Source: Marispirochaeta sp.
GTDB taxonomy: Bacteria; Spirochaetota; Spirochaetia; JC444; Marispirochaetaceae
Direction: 5' to 3'
NCBI GenBank assembly: GCA_963676835.2
Contig: CAXXFF010000004.1
Location: 352,001 to 416,000, forward strand
DNA length: 64,000 bases
The notes under the pieces were generated by a model. The model was not told where the DNA came from and made no database searches. It saw only the letters and a program-made list of their open reading frames with translations. Position numbers and translations under genes: made by a program. Of the stretch, positions 38,523 through 49,098 are shown one piece after another; position 1 is the stretch's first letter; the number at the start of each line of letters is the position of its first letter.

Positions 38523-40235
38523 TCAGCGGTTCAGCACATCCATAGCCGAGGTAACAACCTCTCCCAGTGAAACCCGATAGCCTTCACCACTGGACCGAAC
38601 GGTAAATTCCACTTCACCGTCCTGCATAGCCTTATTCCCCAGGGTGATACGCAGGGGCATTCCCAGCAGATCCGCATCATTAAACTTGACTCCTGCAGTC
38701 TCCTTGCGGTCATCCAGAATAACCTCAAGACCTGCTTCCATCAGATCCGCGTATATTTTTTCCGCTTCTTCGTTGGTCTTCAGCAGATTCACAATATGCA
38801 CATGAAACGGTGCAATGGCTGCAGGCAGCACCAGCCCCTTGTCATCGTGAAATTCTTCGGCAAGACAGGCCAGAAGCCGGCCCACACCGATACCGTATGA
38901 GCCCATGATAACCGGCTGGGCTTTGCCGTTTTCATCCTGAAAAGTACATCCCATACTTTCGGAATACCTGGTTCCAAGCTGGAAGATATTGCCAACCTCA
39001 ACTCCCCGTTTTGCCTCAAGGGGTTCCTTGCACTGGGGACAGGCAAGGCCTTCCCGGGCGGAGGCAATATCCGCAATGGTACCGGCATAGTCCCTGCCGA
39101 AATTGGTGTTCAGCAGGTGATAGCCCTCTTTGTTTGCACCGGCAACCAGGTTATTGGAACCGGCTACCGAGTCATCAACAATAATCTCAGTGTCACGGGC
39201 ACCGATGGGAGAGGCATAGCCGGGGACGAGTCCGCAGGCGGTAATCTCTTCATCGTGAGCGGGGCGCAGGGCAAGGGCACCGCAGGCTTTCTGCAGCTTC
39301 GCCTCTTCCACATCCAGATCGCCCCGGATAATTGCGGTAATCAGCTTCTCATAGCTCTTCTCTTCATCGCCGGGATCCGTAAAGCGGCCCATGAGCATAA
39401 CCGCTTTGGCGGTTTTGCGGGCGGGGATTCCCAGGAATGCAGAAAGTTCTTCTATTGTTTTGGTGCCGGGAGTCTCTTTTTCTTCAATTTCCAGAAGATC
39501 TTCCGGATAGAGCTGTTTATGGATATCCGCAACCTGACGGTTGGCGCTGTAATCGCAGGAAGAACAGAGAATGATGGTATCTTCGCCGATGGGATTAAGG
39601 TACATATATTCATGACTTACCTTGCCGCCCATCATGCCGGTATCGGACGCAACAGCGATTACAGGCAGACCGCAGCGCTTGAAAATGCGGAAATAGGCAT
39701 GGTAGTGAGCATCGTACTGCTTCTCCAGACCTTCCTGGTTACGGTCAAAGCTGTAGCTGTCCTTCATGGTGAATTCCCTCACCCGGATGAGCCCGGCCCT
39801 GGGACGGGGATCGTCCCGCCACTTTGTCTGAAAGTGGTAGACCATGGTGGGAAGCTGCCGGTAGGTCTGCAGTTCGTCACGCATAATATCCGTAACGGTT
39901 TCCTCGTGGGTCATGGCCAGGACCATATCGCGGTCGTTGCGGTCTTTGAAGCGGGAAAGCTCGGCATCAATGGAGTACCATCGTCCCGTCTCTTTCCAGA
40001 TCTCCGCAGGGTTAACCACGGGCATAAGGATTTCCAGGCCGCCGATGGCATTCATCTCTTCCCGGATAATCTGTTCAATCTTCCGCAGACTCCTGAAAGC
40101 CAGAGGTAAAGCCGAGTAGATTCCTGCAGCCGCCTGCCGGATATAGCCTGCTCTCAGCAGAAATTCATGTCCCTTGGACTCGGTTTTCCCCGGGGTTTCC
40201 CGCAGGGTTCGCGAAAACAATCCTGTCATTCTCAT
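38523..40235 (-). CDS. proS: Proline--tRNA ligase (bacterial type with editing domain)
   Basis: LAMTHEE, RDDPRPRAGLIRVREF.MKD, EVGNIFQLGTRYS, MGSYGIG, GVKFNDADLLG. Confidence 0.97.
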   Translation of the reverse strand: MRMTGLFSRTLRETPGKTESKGHEFLLRAGYIRQAAAGIYSALPLAFRSLRKIEQIIREEMNAIGGLEILMPVVNPAEIWKETGRWYSIDAELSRFKDRNDRDMVLAMTHEETVTDIMRDELQTYRQLPTMVYHFQTKWRDDPRPRAGLIRVREFTMKDSYSFDRNQEGLEKQYDAHYHAYFRIFKRCGLPVIAVASDTGMMGGKVSHEYMYLNPIGEDTIILCSSCDYSANRQVADIHKQLYPEDLLEIEEKETPGTKTIEELSAFLGIPARKTAKAVMLMGRFTDPGDEEKSYEKLITAIIRGDLDVEEAKLQKACGALALRPAHDEEITACGLVPGYASPIGARDTEIIVDDSVAGSNNLVAGANKEGYHLLNTNFGRDYAGTIADIASAREGLACPQCKEPLEAKRGVEVGNIFQLGTRYSESMGCTFQDENGKAQPVIMGSYGIGVGRLLACLAEEFHDDKGLVLPAAIAPFHVHIVNLLKTNEEAEKIYADLMEAGLEVILDDRKETAGVKFNDADLLGMPLRITLGNKAMQDGEVEFTVRSSGEGYRVSLGEVVTSAMDVLNR

Positions 40236-40394
40236 GGCGTAAACCTATCAGTACCGGGAAGTTAGGTCAAGCTGAACAGGTAGATAGCAGGAGAAGGAAG
40301 AGACCATATAAGAAAAGACAGAGAGAGAAAAAAGGGTGGAGATAATTTTCCTTGTGAATACAGGTTTTAGCGGATATCATTAATACTACCCGCT

Positions 40395-42437
40395 ATGAGT
40401 AATTTAACAGTAATTCTGCTGATTGTAATTTCATCGTACATCTACCTGTTCAGCTCTCTGGTTCTGGAAAAAAAAAGCCATATAAAGGGGAACGTCTGGG
40501 CACCCCACCTGCTTCTGGGAACCGGCTTTCTCCTGACCATGTTTCAGGGAATTCTTGCTCCTGCAGAAAGCGTTCTTCTGGCAAATATTCTCATTTTCCT
40601 GGGAATTATCGAATATCTGCACTGCACCAGTATCATTCTGGGACTCCGGTTTAATTACCGGACAATGCTGCCGGTTATAGCGATGTTTCTGGCCGGCTAT
40701 ATTTACTACACCTATTTCAATTTTGATACAGTTGCCCGGATTATCCTTATAAGCTCCGCAATCGGCCTCGTCACCATTGCCTATGCGCTCTATCTGTTTA
40801 GTCAATACAGAAATAATACCAACCATCATATACCTCCCTTCATGCTTTTATTCGGAATCTACGGACTCACCGGGTTCCTGAGAATTGTTCATACCCTGCT
40901 CCTGAACAGCAGCATAACCTCATTCATTACTCCCAACAGCAGCAGCTTCTTCTCCCTCCTCTTTACCCTGCTTTTTATCCGGTTCTGGAATCTTATGTAC
41001 CATGGCACAAGGCTGCTTATGGCTCAGGATGAACTGCAGGATAAAATTGATCAGCAGAATTCACTGCTGCATCACATTGACGGGATGCACGCCTACCTGC
41101 AGGAGATAAATCAAAAAGGCACCCCCGAAGTTTTCTATGAGCTTATTTTCGATACCATGAAAGAGATTCTGTCCGTCGACGAAGCCGCCCTGTATCTTTA
41201 CAACAGCAGTACTCACCGGCTCTCCATGGTTGCCAGTACGGGACTTGATGACAATTTCATCAGCCTTGCGGGGAACTTCAGACTTACAGAGGATACTGTC
41301 AGCGTACGGGCATATAATCAGAGGGATCTGGTTGTCCGAAAAATAGAAGATTTCCCTGACGGAAAGGTTAAAGACAGCCTCAAGGCAAGAGGAATAGAGA
41401 CCACCCTTTCTATAGCAGTTTCAACCGGAGACACTCCGGTGGGAGCACTCTCCGCCGGACTGAAATCTGACAAGCCTTTAAAGGAAAATGACCTCGAAAT
41501 TCTCAAGGTTCTCGGGAGCCAGAGCGGCACAGCCCTGCACAACCTTCATTTGTACGAAGAAATTTCATCGTCGGAATCAAAATACCGGGCAATTTTTAAA
41601 ACAGCAGGTGAAAGTATCTTCATCTACAATACAGACGGGGTTATTCTTGATGCAAATGCCGCAGCATTGAAGGAATTCGGTTATGGGCTGGAAGAACTGA
41701 CCAGCCTGGGCATGAAGAATCTTTACGCAACACCCAGCATTATGCAGCTTTACAACATTACCAGCAATCCGGAAATGGAAATGAACCGGACAGGAAGTAT
41801 GGAATCAATGTTCATTACCCGTACAGGAACCCCGGTGCATGTCTGGATAACCCAGTCTTCAATTGTATTCGAAGGCCAGCCGGCGGTTCTTTCTGTGGTA
41901 CGGGATATTACCGAGAGAAAAGACCGGGAAAAATCCCTTACCAGAGAAGCCCGTACCGACTTTCTTACGGGGGCTCTGAACAGAAGGGCTTTTGAAGACC
42001 ATTTTTCCCGGGAGTTTATGCGAAAAAAGCGTTACAGCCGCCCCATGTCGATCATGATTCTGGACATTGATAATTTCAAGAAAATCAATGATACCTACGG
42101 CCATGAAACCGGGGACAGCACTCTCAAAGCCCTGGTGAGCATCATAGATAAGCAGCTGCGCGACTCAGACCTTTTCGCCCGTTTCGGCGGAGAAGAGTTC
42201 ATTATTGCCCTGCCGGAAAGCGACGAGGACGGAGCCTGTCTTCTGGGCGAGCGGATTCGGGAAGGAATAGAAAACGCTTCCGTAGAAGCAGGCGAAAACC
42301 AGGTAACCTTCACCGTATCTGCAGGCATTACAGAAATAAAGAGCGGAGATGAAAATATAAAAGAGGTCATAGCCAGAGCAGACAAGGCGCTTTACCAGGC
42401 AAAAGCAGCGGGGAAAAACCGGGTAATCTGCCTGTAG
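40395..42437 (+). CDS. Membrane GAF-PAS diguanylate cyclase
   Basis: N-terminal TMs; DFLTGALNRR; RDSD I-site; RFGGEEF. Confidence 0.93.
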   Translation: MSNLTVILLIVISSYIYLFSSLVLEKKSHIKGNVWAPHLLLGTGFLLTMFQGILAPAESVLLANILIFLGIIEYLHCTSIILGLRFNYRTMLPVIAMFLAGYIYYTYFNFDTVARIILISSAIGLVTIAYALYLFSQYRNNTNHHIPPFMLLFGIYGLTGFLRIVHTLLLNSSITSFITPNSSSFFSLLFTLLFIRFWNLMYHGTRLLMAQDELQDKIDQQNSLLHHIDGMHAYLQEINQKGTPEVFYELIFDTMKEILSVDEAALYLYNSSTHRLSMVASTGLDDNFISLAGNFRLTEDTVSVRAYNQRDLVVRKIEDFPDGKVKDSLKARGIETTLSIAVSTGDTPVGALSAGLKSDKPLKENDLEILKVLGSQSGTALHNLHLYEEISSSESKYRAIFKTAGESIFIYNTDGVILDANAAALKEFGYGLEELTSLGMKNLYATPSIMQLYNITSNPEMEMNRTGSMESMFITRTGTPVHVWITQSSIVFEGQPAVLSVVRDITERKDREKSLTREARTDFLTGALNRRAFEDHFSREFMRKKRYSRPMSIMILDIDNFKKINDTYGHETGDSTLKALVSIIDKQLRDSDLFARFGGEEFIIALPESDEDGACLLGERIREGIENASVEAGENQVTFTVSAGITEIKSGDENIKEVIARADKALYQAKAAGKNRVICL

Positions 42438-42544
42438 ACGGCTTTTTTTAAAAAGCTCTTGCATACTCATAAAAGTGAGGAAATACTTAGACCATATCCG
42501 GACAGCTATGTCAGGAAACCCCAACCATTTTAAGGAGTTAATCA

Positions 42545-43090
42545 ATGCACAGGAAAAGAATGCTGCCCCTGTACATCCTGCTTCTACTCGTCTTTGTTAC
42601 AGCAGGACTGTTTGCAGAGAAGGATGTTACCGGCTTCTGGAAAACCATTGACGATGAAACAGGACTGCCGAAATCGGTAATTGCCATTTACACACAGAAT
42701 GATATGCTTTTCGGCCGGGTGGTGATGATCTACGGTGACGACGGCAGAACCGTGGAAGATGATATGTACCAGAAAAATAAAATCAGCCCCTATCTGGTGG
42801 GAAATCCTCCTCTGGCAGGACTGGATATCTTCTGGGATCTTGAATATAACCTGCGAAAAGATAAATGGACCGGCGGGAAAATTATGGATCCCGGCGATGA
42901 AGAAGAAAAGCGTCCCAAAACCTACGGTGCTGAAATATGGAAAGAGGGTAGAGACCTTACGGTGCGGGGAAAAATCGCCTTTCTCGGGCGCAATCAGACC
43001 TGGAAACCCTTCTCTGCCTCGGACTTTCCTTCAGGCTTTCAGGTTCCGGATTATAAATCCTTCCGGCCTTCAATTCCGGAAATAGACTGA
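42545..43090 (+). CDS. DUF2147-like exported protein
   Basis: GFWKTIDD.TG, W.GGKIMDP, L.VRG.I..LGR.QTW. Confidence 0.8.
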   Translation: MHRKRMLPLYILLLLVFVTAGLFAEKDVTGFWKTIDDETGLPKSVIAIYTQNDMLFGRVVMIYGDDGRTVEDDMYQKNKISPYLVGNPPLAGLDIFWDLEYNLRKDKWTGGKIMDPGDEEEKRPKTYGAEIWKEGRDLTVRGKIAFLGRNQTWKPFSASDFPSGFQVPDYKSFRPSIPEID

Positions 43091-43103
43091 TCCGGAAATA
43101 GAC
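43075..43103. repeat. 13-bp tandem duplication across a stop codon
   Basis: TCCGGAAATAGAC at 43075-43087 and 43091-43103, separated by the TGA stop. Confidence 0.8.
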
Positions 43104-43116
43104 CGACAAAGAAGCT

Positions 43117-45330
43117 TTAAGCGCTGCAGCCGGCACTGCCCCGGCAGATTAGCCAGGCTGCAGCAAGATAGCGGATCTTCGCCGCCCGTTTTCCCATCTC
43201 CGTTGAAAGCAGCAGTTTCAACTGTTCCCCGGCTCCGGACTCTCCGGACATGTCAGCAAGTTCCACCATCAGACGGACGCTCTCTTCTGCAAAGAAATCA
43301 GAATCGATGTTATCTACCAGTTTCCTCAGCCGTTCAGAATAGGATGAAGCCTCAATCTCACCCTTTAATGCTTTATAGCCCTCCAGGGGATTACGCAGAA
43401 AGAGTGAGAAATGACCGTAAAACCAGCCCTCCAGGCCAAGAAGCCTGGATGCACTCTGAATAAGATCATCCTCCACATGGTCATCCTGCCGAGAAATGAG
43501 TTTTTCAAAAATTACCGAAAGGGATGACTCTTTCTTAAGCAGTTCCAGGGCTTTTACAAAGTAGATAATCTCCCTGGGATTCTGACTGCGTTTAAGTTTC
43601 TCCAGAATTGAATCTGCCGCTGCACTATCCCCGATAGACCCCAGGGCCAGGGCAGCCTTACTGCGGAGAAGATAATCATCGGACTCAAGGGAATTCCGGA
43701 GCACAGACAGGGCCTCTTCCAGCATGCCCACCGTTTCGAGTTCACCGGCATAGCCTTTTTCACCAAGGATACGGGCAGCTATATGGGCGGTGGTGTATTC
43801 CCGGAAGCTTATCTCTTTCAACAGCAGCTCTACTGTCTCTTTCTCGGGTGGATATTTTTCCAGGGCCATTAGGGCATCTATGCGCACAAAAAGAATGGGA
43901 GAGTCCAGCTGCTCCCGGAGCTCTTTGAGGGTAAGACGGGTTTTATGGCGGGACATGGCGGCAATAATACCCCGCTCCTCTTCATAGGAGGTGCTGCGAC
44001 TGAGCTTGTTGAGGTAGTAGATGGACCGAAGCCCCCGTAACGTCAGGATTGTACCCATGGCATCACCTATGGGGAGATTCCGCACATCCGGAAGTCGTAT
44101 AAGCACCGGAATACTCAACAGAAAGAACAGGGTTGAAATGCCGAAATGAATCTGAAAAGGAAGTACCGCCGAGTTAATACGGGACTGAAGATAGCTTAGC
44201 AGGAACCCGCCTCCCAGAGACCCGATCATACCGAAAAGTCCACGGGTAATGTTATAGACTATGCCCAGATCCATCCGGTCTTCCGGACGGGTGGTGGAGA
44301 GGAAATAGACATCTGCGGTGGCCGGAAAGCCCCAATAGGTGAGCTGTTCAAGAAAAAACATCAGAAACAGAAAAAGCAGTACTCCCCAGGAACTTTCAAT
44401 ATCCGGGGTAATAATCAGGGGAATAAGAAAACAGAGCCGTACAGCGTTGAAAAAGAAATAGACCGGCTTTGCGCCTACCCGGTCGCTTAAAAAGCGCAGA
44501 ATTCCTGCCATACTCAATGCGCCCAGGGCGCCTGCCACGGTAAAATAGACCACCATGTTGTCTGCCTGTCCGTAAATGGTTTTGGCATAAACAACAATAA
44601 ACCCCAGGGTCATACCAATACCGGTATTGCTGAGCATTACCAGCAGAAGGATACGGGTAAACTCGGGGCGCTTAAGCGCTTCTTTAACACTTTCAATCAG
44701 AGTTCCCGACTCTGCAGCCGACGGCCGGGGAGGCGTAGGAATCTTCAGGGTGAATCCCGCGGCAAAAACTCCGGCCACAGACCCCAGAAGAATGAACAGT
44801 CCGTACATATAGAGGGAGCTCTCTATTCCCAACAGGTATGCAATCAAAAGCCCCATAATTATCATTCCGGAAAAGAGAATGATGTTATTCATGGAAATAA
44901 AAGAGCCCAGGTCGCTGCTGCGGGTGATGTATCCCTGAATGGGTTTTTCGCCGGCCAGGGCCAGACCTTTAAAGAAGTTGAAGCCGAATACTCCGAGGGT
45001 AAGTATTGTCAGTGCAACAGGACCATTGTCCCGGACAGTCGGAATCAGAGTAAGCAGCAAGGGCAGCATGACAACATACCGGGCCAGCCAGAAATAGCCC
45101 TTGGTTTTCACCGCACCGATTTTCATTACCATTCTGCGGCCGGGGAGACTGAAGAGAAAGGTAATGGAGTTAAGAGCGGAAAGAAACCCGATAAGCCGTG
45201 TACCTGCACCCAGTCTGATGGCAAACAGGAAAATAATGTTACCCACAAGAAAGCTCACGGAGATAACATTAAAGAACATAAAGAGGTAGTAATTACGCTG
45301 GGCCCGGCGAAGCTGTCCTATGCTTAACAT
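43117..45330 (-). CDS. MFS transporter fused to C-terminal HEAT repeats
   Basis: About 12 TM in the first ~420 aa (SDRVGAK); VRIDALMAL, AARILG and LRSKAALALG HEAT units. Confidence 0.8.
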   Translation of the reverse strand: MLSIGQLRRAQRNYYLFMFFNVISVSFLVGNIIFLFAIRLGAGTRLIGFLSALNSITFLFSLPGRRMVMKIGAVKTKGYFWLARYVVMLPLLLTLIPTVRDNGPVALTILTLGVFGFNFFKGLALAGEKPIQGYITRSSDLGSFISMNNIILFSGMIIMGLLIAYLLGIESSLYMYGLFILLGSVAGVFAAGFTLKIPTPPRPSAAESGTLIESVKEALKRPEFTRILLLVMLSNTGIGMTLGFIVVYAKTIYGQADNMVVYFTVAGALGALSMAGILRFLSDRVGAKPVYFFFNAVRLCFLIPLIITPDIESSWGVLLFLFLMFFLEQLTYWGFPATADVYFLSTTRPEDRMDLGIVYNITRGLFGMIGSLGGGFLLSYLQSRINSAVLPFQIHFGISTLFFLLSIPVLIRLPDVRNLPIGDAMGTILTLRGLRSIYYLNKLSRSTSYEEERGIIAAMSRHKTRLTLKELREQLDSPILFVRIDALMALEKYPPEKETVELLLKEISFREYTTAHIAARILGEKGYAGELETVGMLEEALSVLRNSLESDDYLLRSKAALALGSIGDSAAADSILEKLKRSQNPREIIYFVKALELLKKESSLSVIFEKLISRQDDHVEDDLIQSASRLLGLEGWFYGHFSLFLRNPLEGYKALKGEIEASSYSERLRKLVDNIDSDFFAEESVRLMVELADMSGESGAGEQLKLLLSTEMGKRAAKIRYLAAAWLICRGSAGCSA

Positions 45331-45426
45331 CAGGTTATCCTAATGCTGAACCGCCTGGCGATACAAGCGGGCATCTCAAGCTTTTAAAAAAAGACAAATC
45401 AATTATTACTTAGAACACTAAACACC

Positions 45427-45456
45427 TTGACACAAGCAAAGAAGATCTGTTACGGT
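45427..45456 (+). promoter_or_regulatory. sigma70 promoter of ablAB
   Basis: TTGACA 45427-45432, 18 nt, TACGGT 45451-45456 with extended TG. Confidence 0.5.
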
Positions 45457-45482
45457 ACATATATTAACATCGTGATCTTATC

Positions 45483-45608
45483 TGGTATATATAATTACAA
45501 TACAACTATTTAAATCCTCTAACAACGCTGCGTCCGGCCAAGTCGCTGCAAGCGACGAATCATTGTCAATCGTATTATATTTTGTATTCTAAATTTCTAC
45601 ATATACCA
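45483..45608 (+). ncRNA. Candidate cis-regulatory leader RNA of ablAB
   Basis: Nested pairs TGGTATAT/ATATACCA and AATACAA/TTGTATT enclose a GC-rich core with a GTCGCT-GCA-AGCGAC hairpin. Confidence 0.4.
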
Positions 45609-45633
45609 TTTCAAACAGGAAAAGGAGTATCTT

Positions 45634-46938
45634 ATGTTATCAGTGCAGCAGGAAACCATTGCCAATAAACTGGAAGAAACATCCGGCAGAGACCGCTGGA
45701 AAGACTGGAAGTGGCAGCTTAAACATTCTGTATCAGATCTTGAAAGTTTTGAGTCCCTTACGGGCATAAAATTTGATCCCGAAGAACGAATGGAAATAGA
45801 AAAAACCCTGGACCGTTTCCCCCTGTCAATTACACCCTATTACCTTTCTCTGATCGATACCGAAGACTATCACAACGACCCGATATTCAAGCAGTCATTC
45901 CCCTCTGTTAAGGAGCTAACCGTACAGAAATGCGAAACAGCAGACCCCCTGCACGAGGAGCACGACAGCCCCGCACCGGGAATTACCCACAGATACCCGG
46001 ACCGCGTGCTGTTTCATATCAGCAATACCTGTTCAATGTACTGCCGGCACTGCACACGAAAACGCAAAGTGGGTGATTCCGATTTTATCCCCGGCAGAGG
46101 CAAACTGGAGAAGGGAATAGAATACATACGGCAGACCCTGTCGATTAGAGACGTCCTCCTTTCAGGCGGCGATCCTTTCATGCTCTCCGACGACTACCTG
46201 GACTGGATTCTGGGAGAAATATCATCAATACCCCATGTTGAACTTATCCGCATCGGCAGCCGCATGCCCGTTGTTTTGCCTTACCGGATCACTGATAACC
46301 TTATACGGGTATTGAAGAAGCACCACCCTGTCTGGCTGAATACCCACTTCAACCACCCCCGGGAGATGACACAATCATCCAGAACCGCATTGCAGAAACT
46401 CGCGGACGCCGGAATACCCCTGGGGAACCAGTCGGTACTGCTCCGGGATGTTAACGACTGCCCAAGAATAATAAAGAGCCTTGTACATAAACTTGTAGCA
46501 AACAGAGTACGCCCCTACTACCTCTACCAGTGCGACCTGTCAGAAGGGCTTTCTCACTTCAGAACCCCTGTGGGCAAGGGAATAGAAATTGTCGAGAGCC
46601 TTATCGGCCATACCAGCGGATTCGCCGTTCCCACCTATGTTATAGATGCTCCGGGAGGCGGCGGAAAAATACCGGTAATGCCTAACTACCTTATCTCCTG
46701 GTCTGCCAACAAGGTCGCTCTGAGAAATTACGAGGGTGTAATTTCTGTATACCATGAGCCGGATGCATACCCCTTTACCTACTGTGATCGGGAATGCGAA
46801 GAGTGCCATCTTCAGCTGAAACTGGATGATGCGGAGGAAAAGAAAGCCATAGGCATAGAGGGACTCCTGTCGGACTGGGACGAAATGTCTTCCCTTGTAC
46901 CTTCCGATAACGCACGGCTGGAGCGGCGAGATGACTGA
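45634..46938 (+). CDS. ablA: Lysine 2,3-aminomutase
   Basis: [15 protein letters not shown] radical-SAM motif, [24 protein letters not shown]. Confidence 0.95.
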   Translation: MLSVQQETIANKLEETSGRDRWKDWKWQLKHSVSDLESFESLTGIKFDPEERMEIEKTLDRFPLSITPYYLSLIDTEDYHNDPIFKQSFPSVKELTVQKCETADPLHEEHDSPAPGITHRYPDRVLFHISNTCSMYCRHCTRKRKVGDSDFIPGRGKLEKGIEYIRQTLSIRDVLLSGGDPFMLSDDYLDWILGEISSIPHVELIRIGSRMPVVLPYRITDNLIRVLKKHHPVWLNTHFNHPREMTQSSRTALQKLADAGIPLGNQSVLLRDVNDCPRIIKSLVHKLVANRVRPYYLYQCDLSEGLSHFRTPVGKGIEIVESLIGHTSGFAVPTYVIDAPGGGGKIPVMPNYLISWSANKVALRNYEGVISVYHEPDAYPFTYCDRECEECHLQLKLDDAEEKKAIGIEGLLSDWDEMSSLVPSDNARLERRDD

Positions 46939-47818
46939 AACATTCCCCGGCACAGCCGCGGATAGAAGCGAACTTATAGGGAAAAGCACAATTCAGCATG
47001 GACCTCTGAATGACCGGATATACCTTATGGATCCGGCACCGGAGGATTATCCGGAAATACTGGAAGACCTAGACCGGATCCAGAAAGAAAACAGCTACAC
47101 CAAAATATTCTGCATTATCCCCGAGGAGATGGCAGAAGGCTTCCTGGCCCGGGGATACCGGGAAGAGGCAAGAATCCCCGGATTCTTCAGAGGAAGGCAG
47201 GCCGGAGTTTTTGCATCCCGCTTCCACTCGGAGGAGCGAAGCAAACGTCCGCATGAGGCTATCAGCGAACTGCACCGGGTTCTTGAAGAACACAGGAGCC
47301 GAAAGGGAAGCCCGCCTCCCCTGCCAGACCGGTTTACCATCCGCCGGATTGAGACACAGAATGTGCCCGATCTCTGCAGGTTGTTTTCCGAGGTCTTTCC
47401 CCGTTACCCCTTCCCGATACAGGAAGAGGAGTTCATCCTGAACACAATGAAGGAGAAAACCACCTATTTCGGCGTCTGGGATAACGAAACGCTGGCAGGA
47501 GCTGCATCGGCAGAAAAAAACTACCGTGCCATGGCAATTGAAATGACAGATTTTGCAGTCCAGCCCCGGTACCGCGGGAATGCCCTGGGACAGCATCTGC
47601 TTGCCGCGCTGGAACAGTACGCGGCAGCGGAAGGATTCCTCACGGCTTACACCATCGCAAGACTCAACTCATGCGGAATGAACCTGGTTTTTCACCGAGG
47701 AGGATACAGCTTTGCCGGACCCCTGGTTAACAATACCTGTATTTCCGACGGTATTGAATCAATGAATGTGTGGTACAAGCCCCTTGTTAACAGCAATTCA
47801 GCTCAGGGAAACAGCTGA
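46931..47818 (+). CDS. ablB: Beta-lysine N-acetyltransferase
   Basis: [40 protein letters not shown]....ESMNVWYK; overlaps ablA. Confidence 0.93.
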   Translation: MTETFPGTAADRSELIGKSTIQHGPLNDRIYLMDPAPEDYPEILEDLDRIQKENSYTKIFCIIPEEMAEGFLARGYREEARIPGFFRGRQAGVFASRFHSEERSKRPHEAISELHRVLEEHRSRKGSPPPLPDRFTIRRIETQNVPDLCRLFSEVFPRYPFPIQEEEFILNTMKEKTTYFGVWDNETLAGAASAEKNYRAMAIEMTDFAVQPRYRGNALGQHLLAALEQYAAAEGFLTAYTIARLNSCGMNLVFHRGGYSFAGPLVNNTCISDGIESMNVWYKPLVNSNSAQGNS

Positions 47819-48870
47819 ACCCCGAAGGACAGCTGATGTCCTGCATGCCGGAAGGGAGATACTCCGTCAATCTCTTCCGACCCGAAGCCCATGAGCCCGA
47901 CTGTGAGCACCTCCGGAGTGTAGCGGTAATCGGCAAACAGGTTGAATGACTCCCCTGCCCCCAGAGAAAGACCGGCTCCGGGAACAGCAAAAAGATCGGC
48001 GCTGAAATAGCGATCGTCAGATCCGCTGGAGAAACTGAGCCTGCCGCCAAGGGAGACACCAAAATAGATATGGGAAAGATAGGGTAAGACTTCAATATAG
48101 CGCCAGAGCGGGACTCTGATGAGGATTCGCTTTGCACCGGAAAAGTTGTGCATATCAAACTCTCCGTCATCCCCGGAAAGGGAAAGCCAGCTGTAGCCAA
48201 GCTCCCAGCCGGTTACAAAGAACCCTTCGGAGTCTTCATAAAAGCCCAGCCCGATACCCAGTCCGGGACCATCGGAATCACTCTGATCATCGTTACTCCA
48301 GCGGTAGCGAATAACCCGGGCAAGATCGGCCTCAAGGCGTATTTCAAGCAGTTCCGGATAGCTGGTCTCGCCGGTATATTCACGGCGGCGGTAGAGGCTG
48401 GTCATATCGGACTTCTCAACTTCTATAGAGGCCGAAGATACAACCTGCTGATCTTCCACGCTTACCAGCTGAACCATTATCTTTACACCCTTATTACTGT
48501 ACCCGGGGCGGGTAAACTCCCGGGCGGTACCGAAGACCATGCAGTCCGCACCAACAGCCTGCCCCAGTTCCGCTACGGTTTCATCCGCCACAGCGCCGGA
48601 AAGCTGAAAGCTCAGCTCCTCACTTATTTTCTCCACATTGCGCCGTTCCACCACCGGAACACCGGCACGGATCAGGGCTTCGGTTATCTCGTCTGCAATA
48701 AAACGCCCCTGCCTGCGGCTGCTGTCGGTTTCAATTTCGGCTACCGCCAGAGTAAGCTGTTCATCGGAAACAGCCTCCATGAGATCCTTCGCAAGGTCAT
48801 CGTAGGGTCCTGCAAAAAGTGTAAACGAAAAAAGCAGAACATTGAGAAAAACAACGAATACCCGCATCAT
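47803..48870 (-). CDS. Exported protein, CsgG/FlgO/TolB-N-like domain plus probable beta-barrel
   Basis: Signal peptide; VVERRNVEKI.EEL.FQLSG....A.LG..VGAD; aromatic beta-strands ending FGVQLFP. Confidence 0.7.
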   Translation of the reverse strand: MMRVFVVFLNVLLFSFTLFAGPYDDLAKDLMEAVSDEQLTLAVAEIETDSSRRQGRFIADEITEALIRAGVPVVERRNVEKISEELSFQLSGAVADETVAELGQAVGADCMVFGTAREFTRPGYSNKGVKIMVQLVSVEDQQVVSSASIEVEKSDMTSLYRRREYTGETSYPELLEIRLEADLARVIRYRWSNDDQSDSDGPGLGIGLGFYEDSEGFFVTGWELGYSWLSLSGDDGEFDMHNFSGAKRILIRVPLWRYIEVLPYLSHIYFGVSLGGRLSFSSGSDDRYFSADLFAVPGAGLSLGAGESFNLFADYRYTPEVLTVGLMGFGSEEIDGVSPFRHAGHQLSFGVQLFP

Positions 48871-49098
48871 TTTGATCTCCTTAATCTTAATAATTTATTC
48901 TGAGAGAAGAAAAAGCAAGGACCTTTTCAATTGCCATGGAAATCAGAATACATCTGTAGTTGATACAGTTATTTAACCGGATAATCCCGCGATATATGGC
49001 CATCGGTATTATCAAACATAAAAACCTGACAGTTCACCATTTCCGACAGTGAATGATTTTGCTGCAGATTAAAGACTGCATAATAGAGGATAAAGGAA

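Noticed and set aside
39117..40109. 330-aa plus-strand ORF
   Set aside because: Antisense shadow of proS.
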